Positions 10,224-19,633 of a stretch of DNA of 32,000 nucleotides are shown piece by piece. Position 1 is the first letter of the stretch. Every line of letters begins with the position of its first letter. Source of the DNA: Mycolicibacterium smegmatis (lineage in GTDB: Bacteria; Actinomycetota; Actinomycetes; Mycobacteriales; Mycobacteriaceae). A program made the position numbers and the translations under genes. The DNA lies in contig NZ_LN831039.1 of the NCBI RefSeq assembly GCF_001457595.1, positions 180,001 to 212,000 on the forward strand. The letters run 5' to 3'. The notes below the pieces were generated by a model. The model was not told the origin of the DNA, did no database searches, and was given only the letters and a program-made list of their open reading frames with translations.

Positions 10224-11237
10224 GTGAGAATTGCAGTTGTCGGCGCCGGCGCGATCGGTGCGTACTGGGGCGCCGCCATGCACCGTGGCGGGGCGGAAGT
10301 TCATCTGATCGCCCGCAATGCCCATCTACATGCGATGCGTGAGCACGGCGTGCGCGTGCTCAGCGACCGCGGCGACTTCGTCGCACACCCGAACGCCACG
10401 GACGATCCGCACGAGATCGGTCCGGTGGACTACGTCTTCCTGGGCCTCAAGGCCCACAGCTACCCGTCCTGCGGACCGCTGATCGAACCGCTGCTCGGCG
10501 AGCACACGGCCGTGCTGGCGGCGCAGAACGGCGTCCCGTGGTGGTACTTCCACGAACTGCAGGGTCCCTACCGCGGCCGCCGCATCGAGGCGGTCGACCC
10601 AGGCGGTGCGACGAGTGCTGTGCTCGCACCCGAGCGCGCGATCGGGTGCGTCGTGTACCCGGCCACCACGATCGAGGCGCCGGGCGTGATCCGCCACCTC
10701 GAGGGCACCCGGTTCTCGATCGGCGAACCGAGCGGCGAGATCTCGCAGCGGTGTATCGCCTTGAGCGAGGCCATGATCGCCGGTGGCCTCAAGGCGCCCG
10801 TGGAGGCCGATCTGCGCAGCGACATCTGGATCAAGCTCATGGGCAACGTGGCGTTCAACCCACTGAGCGCACTGACCAGGGCGACCATGGTCGAGATCTG
10901 CCAGAACCCGTACACGCGCCAGGTCGTGGTCCAGCTCATGGAGGAGACGCTCGACATCGCGTCGCGGCTGGGAGCCAAGCCCGACATCTCCATCGAGAAG
11001 CGCTTGCGTGGTGCCGAGAACGTGGGTCACCACAAGACATCGATGCTGCAGGACCTCGAAGCGGGCAAGCAGCTCGAGCTCGACGCGATCGTCACCGCCG
11101 TCGTGGAGATGGCCGACCTCACCGGTGCGCCTGCGCCCACGCTGCGCACCGTGCACGCCGCCACCGACCTGCTGGCACGCACGGCCGTGCCCGCCGCGGT
11201 GCCACAGGAGCAGGCACTCAAGCCGGCTCTTCGATAA
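10224..11237 (+). CDS. 2-dehydropantoate 2-reductase (ketopantoate reductase) family protein
   Basis: MRIAVVGAGAIGAYWGAAMHRGGAEVHLIARNAHLHAM; NGVPWWYFHEL; KLMGNVAFNPLSALTRATM; C-terminal KTSMLQDLEAGKQLELDAI. RBS aaggagg 5 nt upstream of GTG. Confidence 0.85.
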   Translation: MRIAVVGAGAIGAYWGAAMHRGGAEVHLIARNAHLHAMREHGVRVLSDRGDFVAHPNATDDPHEIGPVDYVFLGLKAHSYPSCGPLIEPLLGEHTAVLAAQNGVPWWYFHELQGPYRGRRIEAVDPGGATSAVLAPERAIGCVVYPATTIEAPGVIRHLEGTRFSIGEPSGEISQRCIALSEAMIAGGLKAPVEADLRSDIWIKLMGNVAFNPLSALTRATMVEICQNPYTRQVVVQLMEETLDIASRLGAKPDISIEKRLRGAENVGHHKTSMLQDLEAGKQLELDAIVTAVVEMADLTGAPAPTLRTVHAATDLLARTAVPAAVPQEQALKPALR

Positions 11238-11247
11238 GGAGAAGAAA

Positions 11248-12681
11248 ATGGCGAATCGCCGCGCAAAGATCGTCTGCACGTTGGGCCCGGCCACGGCCAC
11301 GTCGTCGGTACTGACCGAACTCGTCGACGCCGGAATGGATGTCGCCCGGCTGAACTTCAGCCACAGCACCCACGCCGAGCACTCGGCGCTGTACGGCATG
11401 GTCCGGGAGATCGCCGCCCAGCGTGGCCGCGTGGTCGGCGTCCTCGCGGACCTGCAGGGGCCCAAGATCCGGCTGGGGTGTTTCGCCGACGGTCCCGTCG
11501 TATGGGCGACGGGCGAGCACGTCACGATCACCACGGAGGACTGCCCGGGTGACCACGACCGGGTCTCCACGACCTACGCGGGCCTGTCACAGGACGTGCG
11601 CGCGGGTGACCGGCTGTTGGTCGACGACGGGCGCGTGGATCTGCGCGTGGTGGCCGTCGACGGTCCCGACATCCGGTGCGAGGTCGTCGACGGCGGGCCG
11701 GTCAGCGACCACAAGGGGATATCGCTGCCCAACATCCCGGTGAGCGTTCCGCCGTTGTCGGACAAGGACATCGAGGATCTCAAGTTCGCGCTGGAGCTCG
11801 GCGCGGACATGATCGCGATGTCGTTCGTGCGCGCACCCGAGGAGGTCGAGCTCGCGCACAAGATCATGGACGAGGTGGGACGCCGGGTCCCGGTCATCGC
11901 GAAACTGGAGAAGCCTGAGGCGGTTTCGGACCTACCCGCGATCGTCGAGGCGTTCGACGGTCTCATGGTCGCGCGCGGCGATCTCGGCGTGGAGATGCCC
12001 CTGGAGCAGATCCCGCTGGTGCAGCGCCGCGCGATCGCCCTGTGCCGTCAGGCGGCCAAACCCGTGATCGTGGCGACGCAGATGCTCGATTCGATGGTGT
12101 CGGACCGCCGCCCGACACGTGCCGAGGTGTCCGACGTCGCCAACGCGGTGTTCGACAGGGCCGATGCGGTGATGCTCTCGGCCGAGACGAGTGTGGGCGC
12201 GGATCCGGCGCACGCCGTCGCCACCATGGCACGCATCGTCGTCGCCGCCGAGAGCGGTTCTGGCCGGGGCGAGACGCCCGAATCGGCGCTCGTGGAGGCC
12301 GTGAACGGCACGGACGCGGTGTTCGGTGACGCGATCGCGGTGGCGGCCTGCGAGGTGGGACGCCGGCTGGGCGCCGCGGCCCTGTGCTGCTTCACGCGCA
12401 CCGGTGACACGGCGCTGCGGTTGGCCCGGCAGCGGTCACCGCTGCCGCTGCTGGCCTTCGCGCACGACGACGAGGTGCGGGGGCGCCTGACGTTCTCGTG
12501 GGGTGTCGAGTCGGCGGTGCTGGCACCGACGGAGCTGGCCGAATCCATGCCGGGCGAGGTGTCGCGTGCGTTGCTGAGCATGGGCGCGTGCCACCCCGGC
12601 GATGTCGTGGTGGTCGTCTCCGGAAGCCGAAGCGGTGTCGCGGGGTACACCGATTCGGTCCGGGTGCTCCGTGTCGAGTGA
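11248..12681 (+). CDS. pyk: Pyruvate kinase
   Basis: RRAKIVCTLGPATATSSVLTELVDAGMDVARLNFSHSTHAEH, DLQGPKIRLG, VMVARGDLGVEMPLEQIPLVQRRAIALCR, KPVIVATQMLDSMV, PTRAEVSDVANAVFDRADAVMLSAETSVG. Confidence 0.95.
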   Translation: MANRRAKIVCTLGPATATSSVLTELVDAGMDVARLNFSHSTHAEHSALYGMVREIAAQRGRVVGVLADLQGPKIRLGCFADGPVVWATGEHVTITTEDCPGDHDRVSTTYAGLSQDVRAGDRLLVDDGRVDLRVVAVDGPDIRCEVVDGGPVSDHKGISLPNIPVSVPPLSDKDIEDLKFALELGADMIAMSFVRAPEEVELAHKIMDEVGRRVPVIAKLEKPEAVSDLPAIVEAFDGLMVARGDLGVEMPLEQIPLVQRRAIALCRQAAKPVIVATQMLDSMVSDRRPTRAEVSDVANAVFDRADAVMLSAETSVGADPAHAVATMARIVVAAESGSGRGETPESALVEAVNGTDAVFGDAIAVAACEVGRRLGAAALCCFTRTGDTALRLARQRSPLPLLAFAHDDEVRGRLTFSWGVESAVLAPTELAESMPGEVSRALLSMGACHPGDVVVVVSGSRSGVAGYTDSVRVLRVE

Positions 12682-12704
12682 AGTCGATTGAGATCGTGAG
12701 AGCA

Positions 12705-12744
12705 GGTGTGGCGCAGGGTTGTTCAGGACAGCCCTGCGCGCACC
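12705..12744. terminator. Hairpin between convergent pyk and PAS gene
   Basis: GCGCAGGG (12711-12718) / CCCTGCGC (12732-12739), flanked by GGTG/CACC with a small bulge. Confidence 0.5.
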
Positions 12745-13193
12745 TCGTTCAGTTCGTTCTGCAGTTCGGCGATTCGGGCGTGCAGTGCGCGCTCGGCGGC
12801 ACGCCGCTCGCTCACCTCGCGCATGATGGCCGAGATGCCGACGATCTCGCCGGTGTCGTCGCGCAGCAAAGCCACGCTGAACTCGATGGACAGCCGGTGG
12901 CCGTCCTTGTGCGTTGCCGGGACGGCCAGCATGCTGTCGCCGTACTTGGTGACACCCGTGGCCATGGTCTGGTGGTAACCCTTCCAGTGCCGGTCGCGCT
13001 GCTTCTCCGGGATGATCAGGTCCAGGCTCTGTCCGAGCGCGTCGGCCGCGGTGAACCCGAACATGCGGGCCGCGCCGTCGTTCCAGAGCACGATGTCGCC
13101 GGCCTTGTCGGTCACCACGATGGCCTCGGAAGATGCGTCCACCACCGCCTGGGCGAGCCAGGAGGCGCTGATGGCGGTTGGTGTCTCGGTCAC
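12723..13193 (-). CDS. Standalone PAS domain protein (sensor-like, no output domain)
   Basis: 156 aa: AVVDASSEAIVVTDKAGDIVLWNDGAARMFGFTAADALGQSLDLIIPEKQRDRHWKGYHQTM...KDGHRLSIEFSVALLRDDTGEIVGISAIMREVSERRAAERAL + short coiled-coil tail. Confidence 0.85.
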   Translation of the reverse strand: MTETPTAISASWLAQAVVDASSEAIVVTDKAGDIVLWNDGAARMFGFTAADALGQSLDLIIPEKQRDRHWKGYHQTMATGVTKYGDSMLAVPATHKDGHRLSIEFSVALLRDDTGEIVGISAIMREVSERRAAERALHARIAELQNELNEVRAGLS

Positions 13194-13243
13194 GGGATTT
13201 ACCTCTTATCACGGCGCGGCATTGCGTACTGTGTCAGGATACC

Positions 13244-13256
13244 GAATACTGCATAC
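13244..13256. promoter_or_regulatory. Putative degenerate operator GAATACTGCATAC
   Basis: Between divergent PAS and LysR genes; GAATAC+GCATAC followed by AAAAGG, nearly the same layout as the fdhD upstream site. Confidence 0.45.
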
Positions 13257-13299
13257 AAAAGGGAACGGTCGGACAGGATCGGAGACCGAAAGGACGCTC

Positions 13300-14226
13300 A
13301 TGCTGTTGCGCCAGTTGGAGTACTTCGTCGCCGTGGCCCGGGAACGTCACTTCGCCAGGGCTGCCGAGGTCTGCTACGTGTCGCAACCGGCGCTGTCCAC
13401 AGCAATTGCCAAGCTCGAGCGCGAGCTCGACGTCACGCTGATCCACCGCGGCCAGAACTTCGAGGGCCTCACGCTCGAAGGCGAACGTCTCGTGGTGTGG
13501 GCCAAGAGGTTGCTGGCCGAGCACGACGGCCTCAAGGCCGAGGCGGCCGCGTTGCGCACCGGCATCTCCGGAACGCTACGGCTGGGCACCGGGCCCACGG
13601 TGTCGACGACGACGGCCATCCCCGTTGCGGCGTTCTGCAACCTGCACCCGAAGGCCAACGTCTCCATATCCTCCCGGCTGTCCTCGGCCGAATTGCTGCG
13701 ACAGCTCCGCGATTTCGAACTCGACGCGGCCATCGCCCATTTCGGGCCGGGGGACCGAGCCGGGCTCGAGGTGGTGCCGTTGTACAAGGAGCGGTACGTG
13801 CTGCTGGTCTCCGGAGATCAGCTGGCACCCGGTACGCGCGCCATCACGTGGTCCGACGCCGCGCAGTTGCCGCTGGCGCTGCTCGAGCCGCACATGCGGT
13901 TCCGGCAGTTCATCGACAAGGCCTTCGCCGAGAACGGCGTGACGCCGTCGCCGCAGGTCGAAACGGACTCGGTGGCATCGCTGTATGCCCTGGTGGCCAC
14001 CGGCGCCTGGGCGAGCGTCGTGCCCCACACGTGGCTGCGGGCCGTCCCCCAGCTGGGAGCGGCCAGAGCCGTGCGGCTCATCGAACCAGAGACCACAGCA
14101 CAGATCTCGCTCGCGATCCACGCCGGCCGCGGCTCCGCGGCCGCGCGCGCCTTCGTCAATGTCGCCGCAGGCGCCCGCCTGGACGATCAATTCGATCTGC
14201 AGTCAGAACACTGGCTGCTCAAGTGA
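13300..14226 (+). CDS. LysR family transcriptional regulator
   Basis: MLLRQLEYFVAVARERHFARAAEVCYVSQPALSTAIAKLERELDVTLIHRGQNFEGLTLEGERLVVWAKRLLAEHD is a canonical LysR wHTH. Confidence 0.93.
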   Translation: MLLRQLEYFVAVARERHFARAAEVCYVSQPALSTAIAKLERELDVTLIHRGQNFEGLTLEGERLVVWAKRLLAEHDGLKAEAAALRTGISGTLRLGTGPTVSTTTAIPVAAFCNLHPKANVSISSRLSSAELLRQLRDFELDAAIAHFGPGDRAGLEVVPLYKERYVLLVSGDQLAPGTRAITWSDAAQLPLALLEPHMRFRQFIDKAFAENGVTPSPQVETDSVASLYALVATGAWASVVPHTWLRAVPQLGAARAVRLIEPETTAQISLAIHAGRGSAAARAFVNVAAGARLDDQFDLQSEHWLLK

Positions 14227-14274
14227 ATGTCGACTGACTCCCCGTTGCTCAACGCCACATTTCTCGGACCAGGT

Positions 14275-14291
14275 GATAACCGTCGTTTATC
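14275..14291. promoter_or_regulatory. Candidate LysR box upstream of oxc
   Basis: GATAACCGTCGTTTATC: 17-bp palindrome with one mismatched pair, contains T-N11-A, ~95 bp upstream of the oxc ATG. Confidence 0.5.
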
Positions 14292-14312
14292 GACCGGTTG
14301 AAGACAGGTCTT

Positions 14313-14346
14313 GGACTGGCTGAGCTGCAAGGTGAAAAGTCAGTCC
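14313..14346. promoter_or_regulatory. Inverted repeat in the oxc leader
   Basis: GGACTGGCT (14313-14321) / AGTCAGTCC (14338-14346), 8 of 9 Watson-Crick pairs, 40 nt before the ATG. Confidence 0.4.
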
Positions 14347-14385
14347 TGGTAAGGGAATAACCCATCAGCTAGGAAGGCTCACATC

Positions 14386-16119
14386 ATGACCGTCGCTCCC
14401 ACGCGAGACACCGAGGCGGCGAGTACCGACGAGCCCGGCGCACTCACCGATGGCATCCATCTGGTCGTCGATGCGCTGAAGCTCAACGACGTACAGACCA
14501 TCTACGGGGTCGTCGGGATCCCGATCACCGATCTCGCTCGCCTCGCCCAGGCATCAGGCTTGCGCTACATCGGATTCCGGCACGAGAGCGACGCGGGACA
14601 CGCTGCGGCCGCCGCCGGCTTCCTCACCCAGAAGCCCGGCATCTGCCTGACGGTTTCGGCACCTGGCTTCCTCAACGGCCTTGTCGCTCTTGCCAATGCC
14701 ACCACCAACTGCTTCCCGATGGTCCAGATCTCGGGATCCAGTGAACGCCACCTGGTCGACCTGCAGCGCGGTGACTACGAGGAGATGGACCAACTGGCGG
14801 CGGCCAGGCTGTTCGCCAAGGCGGCCTACCGAGTATCCCGCGCCGAGGACATCGGACGCGGCATCGCACGTGCGATCCGCACGGCCGCATCGGGTCGGCC
14901 CGGCGGTGTCTACCTGGACATCCCGGCCGCGGTCCTCGGTGAGGTGATCGACGCGGAGAAGGCCAAGAAGACGCTGTGGCGCGTGGTCGATCCCGCACCC
15001 AAGCAGATGCCCGAGATCGACGCGGTCGACAAGGCCATCGAGCTGCTCGCAGGCGCCGAGCGCCCGCTGATCGTGCTGGGCAAGGGCGCCGCCTACGCGC
15101 AGGCCGACGACACCATCCGCGAGTTCGTCGAGAGCACCGGCATCCCCTATGTGCCGATGTCGATGGCCAAAGGCCTGCTGCCCGACGATCATCCGCAGTC
15201 CGCCGCGACGGCACGGTCGCTCGCGCTCAAGCGTGCAGACGTGGTCATGCTCGTCGGTGCCCGGCTGAACTGGCTTCTGGGACACGGCGATGCGCCGCAG
15301 TGGAACCCCGACGCCAAGTTCATCCAGGTCGACATCTCGGCCACGGAGATGGACAGCAACCAGCCCATCGCCGCACCCCTGGTCGGTGACATCAGCTCGG
15401 TGGTGGAGACGCTGCTGGAGCGCAGCAAGCCCGGCCAGATCAGCGTCGCCCCCGAGTGGCGTCAGGAGCTCGCGGCCAAGTCCGAGCAGAATGTCGCCAA
15501 GATGAGCGGCCGGCTGGAGGCCGCCCTCACGGCGCACCCGATGAAGTTCCTCGGCGCCCTGCAGGCCATCCGCGACGTGCTCGCCGACAACCCGCAGGTG
15601 TACGTGGTGAACGAGGGCGCCAACGCACTCGACCTGGCCCGCAACACCATCGGCATGCAGGTTCCGCGGCACCGGCTGGACAGCGGCACGTGGGGCGTGA
15701 TGGGCATCGGCATGGGCTACGCGATCGCCGCGGCCGTCGAGACCGGCGATCCGGTGGTCGCCATCGAAGGTGACAGCGCATTCGGGTTCAGCGGTATGGA
15801 ACTCGAGGCGATCTGCCGCTACAACCTTCCGATCGTCACGGTGATCCTCAACAACAGCGGTGTGTACCGCGGTGACGAGGCATCGGGTTCGACCGCGGAT
15901 CCCGCGCCGACGGCACTGCGCGCGCAGCACGAGTACATGATCAAGGCCTTCGGCGGCAAGGGATATCAGGCCACCACCCCCGACGAGGTGGCGGCGGCGC
16001 TGCGCGAGGCACTGGCCTCGGGACGTCCCGCGCTCATCGACTGCGTCATCGATCCGTCCGACGGCACCGAGAGCGGCAACATCGCGCATCTCAATCCCAA
16101 GGGCATCAGCACCAAGTGA
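14386..16119 (+). CDS. oxc: Oxalyl-CoA decarboxylase (ThDP-dependent)
   Basis: 577 aa: [77 protein letters not shown]; ThDP motif [29 protein letters not shown]. Adjacent to frc. Confidence 0.95.
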   Translation: MTVAPTRDTEAASTDEPGALTDGIHLVVDALKLNDVQTIYGVVGIPITDLARLAQASGLRYIGFRHESDAGHAAAAAGFLTQKPGICLTVSAPGFLNGLVALANATTNCFPMVQISGSSERHLVDLQRGDYEEMDQLAAARLFAKAAYRVSRAEDIGRGIARAIRTAASGRPGGVYLDIPAAVLGEVIDAEKAKKTLWRVVDPAPKQMPEIDAVDKAIELLAGAERPLIVLGKGAAYAQADDTIREFVESTGIPYVPMSMAKGLLPDDHPQSAATARSLALKRADVVMLVGARLNWLLGHGDAPQWNPDAKFIQVDISATEMDSNQPIAAPLVGDISSVVETLLERSKPGQISVAPEWRQELAAKSEQNVAKMSGRLEAALTAHPMKFLGALQAIRDVLADNPQVYVVNEGANALDLARNTIGMQVPRHRLDSGTWGVMGIGMGYAIAAAVETGDPVVAIEGDSAFGFSGMELEAICRYNLPIVTVILNNSGVYRGDEASGSTADPAPTALRAQHEYMIKAFGGKGYQATTPDEVAAALREALASGRPALIDCVIDPSDGTESGNIAHLNPKGISTK

Positions 16120-16187
16120 GTACCGGGGGCCGATCCCTCGAATCAACACGAACACACCGAAACACCAACAATGAAAGGAACTGTCTC

Positions 16188-17450
16188 ATGACAGAGCTAC
16201 CCCTCTCAGGGATCAAGGTGATCGACTTCACCGGTGTCCAGGCAGGACCGGCCTGCACCCAGATGCTGGCCTGGTACGGGGCCGACGTCCTCAAGGTCGA
16301 GCGTCCCGGTGGCGGCGACGTGACCCGTAAGCAGCTGCGGGACATCCCCGATGTCGACGCGCTGTACTTCACGATGCTCAACAGCAACAAGCGGTCGCTG
16401 GCCATCGACACCAAGTCGCCCGAGGGCCTCGAGGTCATGGAGAAGCTGATCCGCGACGCCGACGTGCTGGTGGAGAACTTCGCACCCGGTGCGCTGGACC
16501 GCATGGGGCTGTCGTGGGAGACCCTGCAGAAGTGGAACCCTCGGCTGATCTTCGGTTCGGTCAAGGGCTTCAACGACGACTCGACCTGGAACGACCTGAA
16601 GGTGTACGAGAACGTCGCACAGTGCGCCGGTGGCGCCGCGTCCACCACGGGCTTCTGGGATGGCCCGCCGACCGTCAGCGGTGCGGCGCTCGGTGACAGC
16701 AACACCGGTATGCACCTGCTGATCGGCATCCTGACCGCGCTGATCCAGCGCGACAAGACCGGCAAGGGCCAGAAGGTGTCGGCCTCGATGCAGGACGCCG
16801 TACTCAACCTGTGCCGTGTGAAGCTGCGTGACCAGCAGCGCCTGGAGGCCGTGGGCTACCTCGAGGAGTACCCGCAGTACCCGCACGGCGAGTTCGGCGA
16901 CACGGTTCCGCGTGGCGGCAACGCCGGCGGCGGCGGCCAGCCGGGCTGGGTGCTCAAGTGCAAGGGCTGGGAGACCGACCCCAACGCCTACATCTACTTC
17001 ACCATCCAGGAGCAGAACTGGGTCCGTACGGCCGAGGCCATCGGCCACCCGGAGTGGGCCGAGGATCCGGCGTACAACACCGCGAAGGCCCGTCAGGACA
17101 AGATCTTCGAGATCTTCGGCGAGATCGAGAAGTGGCTGGCCGACAAGACCAAGTACGAGGCCGTCGACATCCTGCGCAAGTGGGAGGTGCCGTGCGCCCC
17201 GGTGATGAGCATGAAGGAACTCGCGGTCGATCCGTCGCTGCGCAAGTCCGGAAGCATCGTCGAGGTGGACCAGAAGGGACGCGGTTCGTTCCTCACCGTC
17301 GGCAGCCCGGTCAAGTTCTCGGCCTTCCAGCCCGAGATCAAGGGTGCGCCGCTGCTCGGTGAGCACACCGACGAGGTGCTGGCCGGCCTGGGTTACGACG
17401 CCGACCAGATCGAAGAGTTCCACCGCAAGAAGATCGTCGTCGGTTCGTAG
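16188..17450 (+). CDS. frc: Formyl-CoA:oxalate CoA-transferase (CaiB/BaiF family)
   Basis: [71 protein letters not shown]; [38 protein letters not shown]; [24 protein letters not shown]; [21 protein letters not shown]. Confidence 0.93.
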   Translation: MTELPLSGIKVIDFTGVQAGPACTQMLAWYGADVLKVERPGGGDVTRKQLRDIPDVDALYFTMLNSNKRSLAIDTKSPEGLEVMEKLIRDADVLVENFAPGALDRMGLSWETLQKWNPRLIFGSVKGFNDDSTWNDLKVYENVAQCAGGAASTTGFWDGPPTVSGAALGDSNTGMHLLIGILTALIQRDKTGKGQKVSASMQDAVLNLCRVKLRDQQRLEAVGYLEEYPQYPHGEFGDTVPRGGNAGGGGQPGWVLKCKGWETDPNAYIYFTIQEQNWVRTAEAIGHPEWAEDPAYNTAKARQDKIFEIFGEIEKWLADKTKYEAVDILRKWEVPCAPVMSMKELAVDPSLRKSGSIVEVDQKGRGSFLTVGSPVKFSAFQPEIKGAPLLGEHTDEVLAGLGYDADQIEEFHRKKIVVGS

Positions 17451-17457
17451 CACTCGC

Positions 17458-17495
17458 ACACCGCCCCATGTCGCCTACCCGGCATGGGGCGGTGT
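17458..17495 (+). terminator. Hairpin downstream of frc, before fds operon
   Basis: ACACCGCCCCATG (17458-17470) / CATGGGGCGGTGT (17483-17495): 13-bp perfect stem; no strong T tract. Confidence 0.65.
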
Positions 17496-17552
17496 TCGTC
17501 ACCGAAAACGATTCCGCCCGACCGGTTTCGCCCCGTCTGCTGGAGGAAGCCC

Positions 17553-18038
17553 ATGAAACGCACGACCACCGGGGAGACCAGCGTGGCGACCCTGGTCCGT
17601 GAGATCGCCGCCGACCATCGCGACCACCGCGGGCCGCTGCTGCCGATCCTGCACGCGGTCCAGGAGAGGCTGGGATGTGTGCCCGCCGAGGCCGTCCCCG
17701 TGCTCGCCGAAGAACTCAACCTGTCCCGTGCCGATGTGCACGGGGTCATCACCTTCTACCACGACTTCCGCTCGGAACCTGCCGGGCGCACGACGGTCCG
17801 CGTGTGCCGCGCCGAGGCCTGCCAGGCCCTGGGCGCCTCGCGGCTGGTCGCACATCTGCAGGACCGGCACGGGGTGCAACTGGGGGACACCACCGATGAC
17901 GGAACGCTCACGGCCGAGCAGGTCTTCTGCCTCGGCAACTGCGCACTGGGCCCGTCGGCCCAGGTGGACGGCAGGCTCTACGGACGGCTCGACGAGGCGC
18001 GCCTGTCGGCCCTCATCGATTCGGCGGTGACGCGATGA
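17553..18038 (+). CDS. fdsG: NAD-dependent formate dehydrogenase gamma subunit (NuoE-like [2Fe-2S])
   Basis: LLPILHAVQERLGCVPAEAVPVLAEELNLSRADVHGVITFYHDFR; VCRAEACQALGA; VFCLGNCALGPSAQVDGRLYGRL. RBS ggagg at ~17542. Confidence 0.92.
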   Translation: MKRTTTGETSVATLVREIAADHRDHRGPLLPILHAVQERLGCVPAEAVPVLAEELNLSRADVHGVITFYHDFRSEPAGRTTVRVCRAEACQALGASRLVAHLQDRHGVQLGDTTDDGTLTAEQVFCLGNCALGPSAQVDGRLYGRLDEARLSALIDSAVTR

Positions 18039-19633
18039 GCGAACCGGTCACCGTCTACGTGCCGTGCGACTCAGCGGCCAAATCCGTCGGCGCCGATGAG
18101 GTCGCCCACGCACTGACCGCGGCAGCGGAGCGCCTCGGACGATCGATCCGATTGGTGCGTAACGGCTCCCGCGGCATGTTATGGCTCGAACCGCTCGTCG
18201 AGGTCGCGACGCCGAACGGCCGCGTGGGTTACGGGCCCGTCACCCCCGGTCAGGTCGACGAACTGGTCGGCGCCGGCCTGTTCGACGCGGCCGAGCATCC
18301 CCTGCGCGTCGGCGTCGTCGAGGACCTGCCCTGGATGGCGACGCAGGAGCGCGTGACGTTCGCGCGCATCGGCGTCACAGACCCCGTGTCGCCCGACGAC
18401 TATCTCGAGCACGGCGGGCTCGCGGGTCTGCGGCGGGCGCTGCAGATGTCGCCGGCAGAGGTCGTCGCCGAGGTCACCGATTCCGGTCTGCGCGGCCGCG
18501 GCGGTGCGGGTTTCCCCGCAGGCATCAAGTGGAAGACCGTGCTGGACTGCGCCGATGCGCTGAAGTTCGTGTGCTGCAACGCCGATGAGGGCGACAGCGG
18601 TACGTTCGCCGACCGGATGGTGATGGAAGGCGATCCGTTCATGCTCATCGAGGGCATGACGATCGCGGCCCACGCGGTCGGCGCCACCGAGGGCTACATC
18701 TACATCCGTTCCGAATATCCCGACGCCATCGCGACCATGCGCGCCGCGATCGACATCGCGCGTGGCCGCGGATGGCTCGGCGACGACGTGCTGGGGTCGG
18801 GGCTTCGCTTCGATATGCACGTACGTGTCGGCGGCGGCGCCTACATCTGCGGTGAGGAAACCTCGATGCTGGAAAGCCTTGAGGGCAAACGCGGTATGGT
18901 CCGCGCCAAGCCGCCGATCCCCGCGATCAACGGGCTGTTCGGCAAGCCGACCGTGGTGAACAACGTCCTGACGCTGTCGAGCGTGCCCCTGGTCCTCGCC
19001 GAGGGCGCGCAGGCGTACGCCGACTTCGGTGTCGGGCGATCCCGTGGCACACAGATCTTCCAACTGGGCGGCAACATCCGCCGCGGCGGCATCGTCGAGC
19101 GTGCGTTCGGCATCACGCTCGGTGAGCTCGTGGAACACTATGGCGGCGGGACACTTTCGGGACGCCCGGTGCGCGCGGTGCAGGTCGGCGGCCCGCTCGG
19201 TGCGTATCTGCCCAGCGACAGGTTCGACCTGCCCATGGATTACGAGGCGTTCGCCGAGGCCGGGGCCATGGTGGGCCACGGCGGCATCGTCGTCTTCGAC
19301 GACAGCGTCGACATGGCCGCGCAGGCCCGGTTCGCCATGGAATTCTGCGCCGCGGAATCGTGCGGCAAGTGCACGCCGTGCCGCGTGGGCTCGGTGCGCG
19401 GCATGGAGGTCATCGACCGGATCACCGCCGGCGACCACCGCGAGGAGAACCTCGCACTGCTCGACGACCTCTGCGATGTGATGACCGAAGGGTCGCTGTG
19501 CGCGATGGGCGGGCTCACGCCCATGCCCGTGCGCAGCGCGCTCACCCATTTCCCCGACGATTTCGGCCCGCGCCAACCGAGCGCGGATACCACGGCCGCG
19601 CCACTGGGCGCGAGGACGGAGGGCCCGCGATGA
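18035..19633 (+). CDS. fdsB: NAD-dependent formate dehydrogenase beta subunit (NuoF-like, NAD/FMN/4Fe-4S)
   Basis: SGLRGRGGAGFPAGIKWKTV; VCCNADEGDSGTFADRMVMEGDPFMLIEGM; GGGAYICGEETSMLESLEGKRGMVRAKPP; ESCGKCTPCRVGSVRG. 4-bp overlap with fdsG. Confidence 0.95.
   Translation: MSEPVTVYVPCDSAAKSVGADEVAHALTAAAERLGRSIRLVRNGSRGMLWLEPLVEVATPNGRVGYGPVTPGQVDELVGAGLFDAAEHPLRVGVVEDLPWMATQERVTFARIGVTDPVSPDDYLEHGGLAGLRRALQMSPAEVVAEVTDSGLRGRGGAGFPAGIKWKTVLDCADALKFVCCNADEGDSGTFADRMVMEGDPFMLIEGMTIAAHAVGATEGYIYIRSEYPDAIATMRAAIDIARGRGWLGDDVLGSGLRFDMHVRVGGGAYICGEETSMLESLEGKRGMVRAKPPIPAINGLFGKPTVVNNVLTLSSVPLVLAEGAQAYADFGVGRSRGTQIFQLGGNIRRGGIVERAFGITLGELVEHYGGGTLSGRPVRAVQVGGPLGAYLPSDRFDLPMDYEAFAEAGAMVGHGGIVVFDDSVDMAAQARFAMEFCAAESCGKCTPCRVGSVRGMEVIDRITAGDHREENLALLDDLCDVMTEGSLCAMGGLTPMPVRSALTHFPDDFGPRQPSADTTAAPLGARTEGPR

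Noticed and set aside
11008-11247. N-terminal extension of the 557-aa pyruvate kinase ORF
   Set aside because: Overlaps the panE-like gene out of frame; pyruvate kinase homology begins at MANRRAKIVCTLGPATAT with RBS aaggag just upstream of 11248.
14554-16155. 533-aa minus-strand ORF antisense to oxc
   Set aside because: High-GC shadow ORF: no recognisable domain, Arg/His/Gly-rich composition, and it mirrors a gene with clear family motifs.
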